The position numbers were made by a program, and so were the translations under genes. Source: Bigelowiella natans CCMP2755 (taxonomy: Eukaryota; Protista; Cercozoa). Taken from it: DNA of 64,000 nucleotides. The notes beneath the pieces were generated by a model. The model had not been told where the DNA came from. It did no database searches and saw nothing but the letters and a program-made list of their open reading frames with translations. Shown here piece after piece: positions 51,467 through 64,000 of this stretch; the stretch's first letter is position 1; every line of letters begins with the position of its first letter. The stretch covers positions 21,683-85,682 of the forward strand of contig ADNK01001700.1 in assembly GCA_000320545.1 (NCBI GenBank). Direction: 5' to 3'.

Positions 51467-52807
51467 TGCTATTGAACGTAGACTGTGAACGTGAACAAAA
51501 AGAGTACTGGGTCGCAATTCAGCAGACTCTAATAGGTCCTGATGCATGCACGCTAATCGAAAAGTCAATATAAAACCCACAAAGTAGCCTAGCCAATATC
51601 TGCTTTCAGGAAACCCTGCAGCATGCCAGCATGGCGCTAAAGCAAGAATGAGCTCAATTTGTCACACATCGAAACGACGTACCTTATTGGCCAATTCTGT
51701 GCAAATGTATTCCAGGCACTCGGTCTACTACTAGCCTGTAGCGTTGCATGGCGTCATCTGCTAGCGCCTGCACAACATAGTACAGCGTAAAAAACTTACG
51801 ACACAGAGTAGCATTGCCGAGCACAAGCATACATGCATGATGATACGCCATACGATACACAACATATGCTTTCCTAGCGTGCGCACTGTAGATCTAGAGA
51901 CTATCTAGCTATGCTGTGTGACTAGATGAGAATATGCGCGCATATGCACAGACCTGTGTACGTCAGGAATCATTCTAGCGGAGATTTGAGGGTGTAAGCA
52001 TTAGAGACTCAGGGTGTATAAGAGCAAACAAAATCAAAGCGAATAAATGCAGAAAATTGCTGCGCGCGAGGGTATAAGGGTGCATGAAAGACAGGGACAC
52101 AACAAGACTATTGTCAAGTATTTTACACGCATGCATTTGTGCACATGTCCCTTATCCCTATCCGTGTGTGTCTGTACATCGATCCCTTCACATGTACTTC
52201 CATCTCATGTGTAGCACGAAGCAGTGTGCATGTGAACACATGCATGCATCCATGTACGCAAATCTAAAAATGCAATCACATGCATTACATTCCTGACAAA
52301 TAAGTGCACATGTCGGACTTGCACATGCGAACATTGTTGCAATCCATGATGACGCTTGTTGCATAATTGCGTGCGCATTGCAGACAGCCTACAGCGACAC
52401 ACAACATCTGTTAGAACAAGTGACACGTGCCTTTCTATCTTTGCTTATTTGGTGCATGTGTGGAGATATGAAAAGCACACATGTACACATATGTCTACTT
52501 TGTCTAGTTGTGCAGAACAACTGACATGTGCACATGCTTACAATGCTTCTACGCGTGCACACGCGGATAGGGACACAATACATGTTCTACTCATACATGT
52601 ATGTCCTGTCCCTATCGCAAACATCAGCGCTTCGATCAGGGTGCAATAAAGCTTACACCCATTTACATATACCCTTGGAATGATCCTTGTGTATGACACT
52701 TGGAGGATGCTTGCACAACACACACGACACACATGTACGTCATTATCATTAGCACGATAAGTACATATAATTATAAGTGCAGCACATTGTACAGCTGTGT
52801 ACACACG

Positions 52808-52842
<35 letters not shown>

Positions 52843-53226
52843 ACACGTGTGTGTGTATACATATATAACTATGTATATATACATATACAGACCAACAGAT
52901 TCAACAATAGCGCTGTAGCTGCTGCATTGCACAGCTATATAGGGATGACTATTGAACAAATTTTATTGATTAATTACATCCATCTTACATATATAGAGTC
53001 TACATCCATATTGCCATACATAAATATTTCTTGCGCGCATCTGTAGTGGCGCGATATATCAGTATATCGAGTGTATAAACTAAAACTAAGCACATATCAT
53101 ATCTAAATAAATGCTCACGAGTTGCTAAAGCTTTCAGTATGGAAAAACCGCCTTGTAGCGGGTACTGCGTGTATCCGGGCACGATACGATACTGGAATAT
53201 CAAATCACCGCCCACGCTTTCCGAAA

Positions 53227-53577
53227 TCAATTCTTCGAGCGGCAGTACGGTGTGGCGTTGGCTAGGCGAGAATCCTCAACATCGTTGTAGAGTGAATTGA
53301 GCAAGTTCATCTCATTCAGCACGGTTTTCGATTCCACCGTCCCGTTGCCCTGCATGACGTTCCCTCGTGTGCCACGAGTCTTGAGGTAGTACTCTTCTGA
53401 CAGTACACGATAGTGGTTGTTAACGAATTTGAAGTCGCCGTTTGTGAGGGTGCTCTCGTTCAGCTGGATCTTTATGGCTTCTGTCACAATGCGCGTGCCA
53501 TTTGACCAAAAGCGCCGAGGAGGGTCTGAGGCGCTCGTATAAGCGTGGTGCACGTGCCGCGCAGCAGCCTATGAGTG

Positions 53578-53613
<36 letters not shown>

Positions 53614-54931
53614 TATGTATTATGTGTGTGTGTTTAGGGGTGGGTGGGCGCTTGGGATTGTGTGAATAAAACTACTCGCATGTGTACATATATTTTGAAA
53701 AATGGGGGGGGGGATGAGATTTTTCTGGGACATACATGCATTATTACTAGTTGTAGTAGTAGTAGTAGAAGAAGAAGAAGAAGAAGAAGAAGAAGAGGAG
53801 ATACCGCATCTGTCCGTATCCAATACTTGGTGAGAGCAGGGTTGATGACACGGTGAAATGGCCACCGGGTATAATTAGCCCGCCTCGTGAAAGAACATAT
53901 CACGCTCTTGGGCTGCTTCTTGTGCCCATTTCCTCCGAAGAACAGTCCAGGTATTTGGATGTAATCCGCTCGTTGTTCAAAATCGCGCAACAAAATCTGC
54001 CGTGCTGGCTCGCCGGTATTGGTGACAACGTACCTAGATTAACAGCATAAATTATGAAAAATACGAAAGAATAATTGCGAAGGGAATGCTGATATGTACA
54101 CATACAGTGGGAGAGAGCGATAGACAGAGCGAGAAGGACACCAAACACACTAATGCACACACACGTCCAGACTCATGCTCATTAACATCATCACTTACTC
54201 GTCAACGTCGGCATTGATCGCCCATTCCGCAAGCTCCTTGACTTTTGGGAAATACGTGTTGTAAGCTCGCAACTGAGCGCCCCGGCTCCGGTCAGGGAAC
54301 ACCCACCTAGTTATAAGGTCACTGCCGAATTTTTCGAGAATCTTCGCGGAGTCATCCGTGCTCGGCCCGTGGTCGATGAGGAAGAAATGTTCCACGCCTT
54401 GATGCAGGTAGTGAGTCACCTGCATTTTTAGTACTGTCAACAACAACGATTTAACGTATTTCTCTCTCAAAACCGCGTAGATACGCACGCGCACACGTAT
54501 GTGCTTCAAATAACATGTTATATCACAACCTTCTCTCTCTCTTTCTCTCTCTCTCATGCATACGATAAATACATAGCGAACAATCACTTCCTTCAAGTGA
54601 TAATGAAAACAACGATGGTTCTTGTCCTGCGACAAGAAAGTCATCAGTGTTTCCAGAACCGTTAGACTTTCCTCTTTGAGATGGTACATACAGGCCTATG
54701 TAAAAAGCAGTACCCATTCCTCGATCTGCACCCCTTCGTTCCGGAACATGGCAAAGTTAACTAAATAATATTTCTTTGTTGTTGGGCTTGGTGTAATTGA
54801 TTTCGCCAATTCGCTCAGAGAGGAGAATGGAGACCATGAGAAATAATTTTGATTGTCGTCCTTGGTCTTATCGTAGACAACTGCACCTGTGTTTGCACAT
54901 CATCATACGGATAAGATTCTTAAGGATGCTG

Positions 54932-54970
<39 letters not shown>

Positions 54971-55193
54971 GGACAGAGAGCAGGGAGAGAGGCCTAGCAG
55001 ACCTAGATTGTATAAATCTTCAAGATTTCTATTAATAATTCACAACAATAATGCAGTTACAGCTAGTTTAAAGGGTTCATCATCATTTGTTTTCAGCAGT
55101 GAGTACCTCCTTCAATGTTTTGTAGATCCCTTGTTTTGTGAACGACATGCTTCTGGTAGTTGTCGAAAGAAATCGGCCCATTGATGACCTCAT
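53227..55193 (-). CDS. GT-A fold glycosyltransferase (Glyco_tranf_2_4 / GT92-like), probable type II membrane protein; start uncertain
   Basis: Exons: FAMFRNEGVQIEEW|VTHYLHQGVEHFFLIDHGPSTDDS...WAINADVDE (DxDE)...LFFGGNGHKKQPKSVICSFTRR...HVHH...VNNHYRVLSEEYYLKTRGTRG...DVEDSRL. Confidence 0.85.
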
Positions 55194-55275
55194 TCTCGTT
55201 TGGATCTTAAAACGGGATGGATTATTGAAGGGTATTATGCGGAATTTGAACACTCAACGTATTATTGTGTGACAG

Positions 55276-56640
55276 ATGGCAAGAAATATTCCCTATAATA
55301 CGACCCTACCTTTTCTCACGGGATGGTTGGACCCTTTTCTCATCATCCATGTGATGACTGCAAACCATGCTAGAAAGAAACATAGAATAGGCTTCCAGGG
55401 AATGACTCGGCCCCGCACCTTTTGTTCCTTTTCCTACCAATATAACAATGTTCAGCTTCTGTGTGATGATAAAAAGGCAGTATAGCCACCGCTAAGTAAA
55501 GAACACCGAAATATCGTTTGCGTTACTGGTGGTAGGCAATGTTAATGTTCTTTCAAGGTAGCCTCACCTCTGATGAACGAGATTGGGACGCCGCGGATGG
55601 AGTGCCAACGGGTCTCGGCATAACCGCAGCAGGGCTCGATGACGCGGCCCGTATTCTATTCAATATGTTGGCAACACCCGCGACTTGAGTTTTTGCTTGT
55701 CGCTGTGAAGAATTATTATTGGTTTTTATTTCTCAGGCTGCATTTTACGTAGAACATTTGCCGTACAAACAACAAACAATGAGAAGAATGAGAACAACAA
55801 GAACAACAACTCACAACAAGAACAAGCAAACGGTATTCCTGCAAGCTGATTTTGGAAGCACACATAGTCCATTGAAATCTACGGAAATCCGTGGCATTAA
55901 ATGACCTGCGACTTGGCATTTAAGAAGTAAAGGACCCAAGAATAACTACTTCGGGCTTCTTCGTAATGACAGGGTACGTGCCACAATCTTGGCTTGTCCA
56001 CCTGTGCGATGCTGCCTCATCTATGCTCACTGCAGCCATGTACACCATTTGATTTTGCATCGTGCTGGTTTTCACACCAGCTAGCCAGACTGACAGAGAG
56101 TCCTCGTCATTTTCAGTGCGAGCCACTGCGTTTCGCACTTTGCAAGTGCCACGCAACACCTTGGAAGTGCACCGCTATTTTTGGGTTGACCAGAGCTAGA
56201 GAGCGATGAGCTGTTCAAAGAGCTCAAGAAATTGGACCTGATGACTGCACTGCACCAGACTGAGCGAGCATTTGTGATTACACATGATGAACACGAGACA
56301 CCAAACAACAAAGCGTGCTTCAGCTGGTTGGGGCGATGACAAAAAGTTTGCTGATCGACCACATTTCCAAAGTGCACGTTTGCACGTCGCACGACTCAAA
56401 GTGGAAACAAACGACAACACAATCACTGGGAAAAACCTAGTGACACCAGGACATTGGCGTAGCGCAGAGTTCAAACGCTGGATTGCGCGCGTGAGCTCAG
56501 CATTTCGGGTCTAGAGGTCGACAAGCGTGACCAAAAAACGACGTGTTCACCGCTTTGTCCCGAGCTTGAAACCCTGATGAAACAAGTTGCAGCGAGTGTG
56601 CTGGTGTGCAACGCTAGATCTCTGCAGCATGCAGTGCCAG
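55276..56640 (+). pseudogene. Probable decayed gene fragment grading into TpA-depleted sequence
   Basis: Exon-like pieces with splice signals but early stops (e.g. NIVCVTGG|SLTSDERDWDAADGVPTGLGITAAGLDDAARILFNMLATPAT*). Manual count for 55981-56640: 10 TpA, 5 in CTAG. Confidence 0.35.
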
Positions 56641-57224
56641 AGTGTTTTGCGTGCGAAGCAATGTTAATGTCACTTTCCACGGAATCATGCACGCTATGAT
56701 CTAGATGACAACAAAGTAGCTACCAAAAAATCCAGTAAGACCTCATGCATGGTGAGCAGAGGCCTTGCGCAAGCTAGCACATTGTGCACATGCACATTTA
56801 AGGCATGCATAGCATGGCATGTAGCCATGCCATCTTTCATCGAATGGCATCCTAGGGATAACAACCAATTGTGCGAGGCAAGCACAATAACCACACGTGT
56901 TACTAAGTTATTACTTGAATATATCCTTCATACATAGCACGCCGATGATCAGCTACTACTCGCTTCATAGAATGATAAATAGGCATGCAAAAGGCAAGCC
57001 ATTAACATATATTCATCCAGCAGCAAGGTATGCTGATCTTCGGTCATCAATGAAACTCAATTGCTAGTTTTTGTTATTATACACGCCCAGTTGCGGGCAG
57101 GCATGACCTCGAGGAGCATGCTCTCTCAAGTGCCATCGCTGCTACTTACTTACTACTTCGTAAATGAGGTGAAAGGCACACGCCATTTAGCAGTTGCTTC
57201 CCCTATTAGTAAAGGCGTAACATT

Positions 57225-57257
<33 letters not shown>

Positions 57258-57408
57258 GTGATGATGATAGTGATATAACAAACGAACAATAACACAAATG
57301 CATAACATTTCTACATAGGGAATACCGATGAGGATGCTATATGGTGGGATGATAAGAAAAGGAGCCCCCCCCCTTCACATCGACATCGTTCAATTTTATC
57401 CAAAATAG

Positions 57409-57761
57409 TCAATGTTGTTTTTTGCCGTTCAACATCTCTCTCTTCTTCTTTATCGAATCAAAAATATTGACACTTCTTTCTACTACTACTACTACTACTG
57501 CTACTACTACTAATACTAATACTACTAGCAGTAGTACTACTACTATTACTATTACGATGCTCTGACCTTTTCTCGGTAACAAAGATATAGAGCCGTCTTT
57601 GTTATTCAATCTGGTGTAGTAGTTGTAGAAATATCATTTGTTTAGAATTCATAAGGATTAGAGAGCTGATACTACTCGATCATCAACACGGCATCCTCCC
57701 CTGACTCTCTAGCATTTGCATAAGTCACTCATGACCACACCAAGCTTCCTACTACTACTAC

Positions 57762-57794
<33 letters not shown>

Positions 57795-57976
57795 TAACAG
57801 CAACAACCAATTAGTCACAATACCGATAAATCTCCCCAATGAGAAGCGTAGCGATAGCAATCCAGCCCACCGTTGGAGACAGCAATGCCCCTGATATGGA
57901 ACAATAAGTTTGTCACACGCTTTGCCAATATGACGATGGTGATAGCGAGTTGGTGGGATGATGATGATGATGATAC

Positions 57977-58017
<41 letters not shown>

Positions 58018-58374
58018 AGAAGAGGTTTATTCTTTCAAATGATAAACAACAACTCATACAAACGGTGATGGTGTATCAAGATAAGCAAATCATCGTCATC
58101 GTCATCGTCATGGTCATGATCACCTGCCAAAGGATGGGTGAGGTAGTAGGTATACGCAACAGCCGCTGCTGATCCCAAGACCTGAAGGATTAATTGATGA
58201 TTGATTGGTGGAATGACAATAATAAGAAGAACAGCAGCGAACGACACGTGCTACCAGAGCACAACTCAACATGACAATTTGCTTGTGGTTTATCCGCCAA
58301 TAACATTGTTTTCACAGCTTTCACCCTATTTCTCTCCTCGTAGATCCCCTTAATACAGTTGTTGCAATTAATCG

Positions 58375-58410
<36 letters not shown>

Positions 58411-59825
58411 TCACGAAATAGAAAACTTCAAAAACATTCTCGCTTTGAGCCGTATCGGTTTGTTTCCGTCGGATTCCTCATGGGAACAGGTTTTCAACTT
58501 CTTTCCCCTCCCAATGATGACATCGGTAATCTACACGGCAGATCACCATCATATCAATTTCTTCTTACCGCGAGGACTCCTAATAGCGCAGTGCCCATTC
58601 GTTTCTCCACATTATTGATGGTGTTCCAGGTGTCCCCAATACTGAAAGGGGGAGGGGGGTGAAGGGGGAGAGTTTTCCCAAATATGGATATATGAATGTT
58701 AAAATGATATATGCACAAAAACGTATTATAAGTAATACAATTCTATGTGTAGGTGTATGCATGTGTTTTATTATCCCTTGGCATCACGTGTGTGCATCAT
58801 CTGCATAGGTACAAACTACAGAACACTTTTGACTAATGTGCTCCGATGTTGTCTTCGTAATGCTCTCAGTCAGTTAGTCAGTCAGTCATGCTTGTTGTCC
58901 TAATACTACTACTTCTACTACTACTACCTCAAATGAGCGACCATGGCGAGAAGCGGGACGGAGAAGAATTTCTAAAGTTTTCCATAACAAACTATTAACA
59001 ATATGCTTCAAGCACACACACACGCACACACACACAATTTTCCATTTCGGGCGTGCATATGTTTAGCCTCGCAGCATCAATCTATCAGCATCGGAACATA
59101 ACTACTACTACTATTACACCGCCCCAGTAACGACTGCTTTTGGTTGGCTTGCATAGTTGGTTGACTAGTACCAACCTCTCCTGAAGCAACATAGGCTATG
59201 GTTGTCGATAGAGCTCTCAAGACCTACCGATGAGGATGATAATCAACTTTCATCGTATACACAAATAAATATTACTACAAAGTAGATCTACTCTCTGTCC
59301 CCCCACCCCCGTTGTCGCTCACTTACCGCAACACCAGACCACACAATTGGGAAGGTAAGAGGAGGAGGGGTCCACCATGGCTTCTTTCTCTGCTCACAAC
59401 AAAGGGGGGGGGGGGGGGACTAAATAAAGAGCGGTAACACGAGCACGGCATGATGGTGAGCAGTTAAATAAGATTAAGAATTGCTTCTTAAAACTGAAAC
59501 GTCGTAGGCAGGTCACAGCATCGATATAGCAGCTCCAATTTATGATTATAGCCGGCTCTCTCTTTCTGTTGTTGAATTACCAAAACAGTGCAGTACAAAC
59601 TACTACTACTACTATTACTACTACCTGGAAAACGGGGTCATGCTTGTTGGGCTTTGGCCTTGAGTTGTCCATTATCGAGAACATGCGGCTACGAAGGGAG
59701 AGGAACCCGAACAGCACTGAATAATAATACAACAACAACAACAACAACAACAACAATCATGACGATGTCAATAATGGTAATTATCATAATAACAATAATA
59801 ATAATTATAAAGTAATAATGATCAC

Positions 59826-59857
<32 letters not shown>

Positions 59858-60396
59858 GGAAAATTGAAAACGTCTCTGTATGCACACCATCATCAACGAG
59901 TGAATCTAGTTTAACGACGCCCTGCTACACAATATATCTCCCAATAACTGACATGCGACGAATCGTGTAGAAATGTCCGCCTGATAGTAGGCAACGACGT
60001 AGTCCAAGCCGTATAGAAAGCTATCCGTAATGCAGTTTAAAAAGGGGAGGGCGAGGGGGAGGGTTCATGACATGGTTTAGAATAAAAGTATTTCTGGATC
60101 AATGACATATATACATGCCCTTCTTTCACCCCTCCCCCCCCTATACCCCCCTATATCGACTACTGAAGATTCACTGGGGGGTTAGGCCGCAATTTGGGGA
60201 TGCAGAGTCAATTTATTTGATGTTAAAGGACGTGCGCGTTGTCGTTCTTATCACCTCGCCAACAGTCCAAACTGCACGCTTGTGGCACTTACGTAGCGAA
60301 CAAGCGCTCCCTAACAACAATAAGACAACAATAACAACAACAATGATAATGATGATGATGATGAAATCGAAGATGTACGCAGCCATTCAAAAAGCA

Positions 60397-60433
<37 letters not shown>

Positions 60434-60577
60434 GGAGGAGAAGAAGGAGAGAGAGAGCTTGATCATAACAATACGTAACGACATAGTCGATGAAGACACC
60501 AGCAATATGAGAGAGAGAGAGATACTCACCCAATCAATGCCTGGCTTCTGTCCTGGAACTGTCGCTGGTGCTCGAGC
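57409..60577 (-). CDS. Algal-type TspO/MBR family membrane domain (multi-exon); probably the 3' half of a TPI-TspO fusion
   Basis: Phase-consistent exon chain: PGIDW|GALVRYVSATSVQFGLLAS|FLYGLD...|LLFGFLSLRSRMFSIMDNSRP...|RKKPWWTPPPLTFPIVWSGVA|VLRALST...|FSVPLLAMVAHLS|IGDTWNTINNVEKRMGTALLGVLA|VLGSAAAVAYTYYLTHPLAG|ALLSPTVGWIAIATLLIGEIYR|LN. Contains the TspO KPxWxPP...F..VW and terminal IxRLN motifs. Confidence 0.85.
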
Positions 60578-60855
60578 CTTATCACCACCACCATCATCAT
60601 CATAATCACCATTATTGTCATCATCATTGTCATCATCAACATTGCCGTGCATGGACAAGAACAACAAGAACAAGAACAAGAACAAGAACAACAACAACAA
60701 CAACAACAACAACAGTATGAAGCAACTAATAAATGCTGCTAAATATTGAGACTTAACGTTTTTTTAATGGAAAATCACTCGTCTCTCCTAATTGTCCCCC
60801 TTCCTCCCCCCTCCCCTTTCATCACAGATACAAAGTCACACACACACACACACAC

Positions 60856-60900
<45 letters not shown>

Positions 60901-60913
60901 CATGAAACACTAC

Positions 60914-63803
<2,890 letters not shown>

Positions 63804-64000
63804 CTGTGTTGGATGTTATCAGCACGCAACAATTATTAAGCATGTTGATAGAAAATATAGGATTTTATGCACAATTCAAACGCAAAAAAGATGTGTCTAT
63901 CATATATCTTGGTGGAATAGTTAATGATGATTTTGCGGTGATTACAATGTAATATGGTTATTTATTAAATAGGGGGATAAACGGGGGGGGGGGAGGGGGG

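Noticed and set aside
59325-59379. MVDPSSSYLPNCVVWCC reading resembling TMEM222
   Set aside because: The alternative frame KKPWWTPPPLTFPIVW fits TspO and is phase-consistent with all neighbouring exons.

Overview
Eukaryotic nuclear DNA: GT-AG intron-rich, with introns full of microsatellites. Bipartite-looking leaders and plant/algal-type genes suggest a secondary-plastid alga such as a chlorarachniophyte (inference). Gene order: EML/EMAP-like WD40 protein (+), DUF952 (-), NXD1 neoxanthin-deficient homolog (+), FHA protein (-), probable multi-pass membrane protein (+), At2g44970-like alpha/beta hydrolase (-), an intact recent Ty3/Gypsy LTR retrotransposon nested in a TpA-depleted decayed tract, bubblegum-type acyl-CoA synthetase (+), a basic 2xMyb-MC1-tandem BRCT chromatin protein (-), RRM protein (+), GT2/GT92-like glycosyltransferase (-), a decayed fragment, and triosephosphate isomerase apparently spliced in frame onto a TspO/MBR domain (-). 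Most notable: (1) an archaeal/viral MC1 chromatin domain inside a telobox-Myb/BRCT protein; (2) a Gypsy element with a DD(27)E integrase and a C-terminal degenerate DIRS/Dam-like adenine-MTase domain; (3) a RIP-like mutational footprint (TpA loss, CTAG accumulation) in non-genic tracts; (4) the candidate TPI-TspO fusion. All family assignments are from motif recognition by eye, and exon boundaries were assembled manually.
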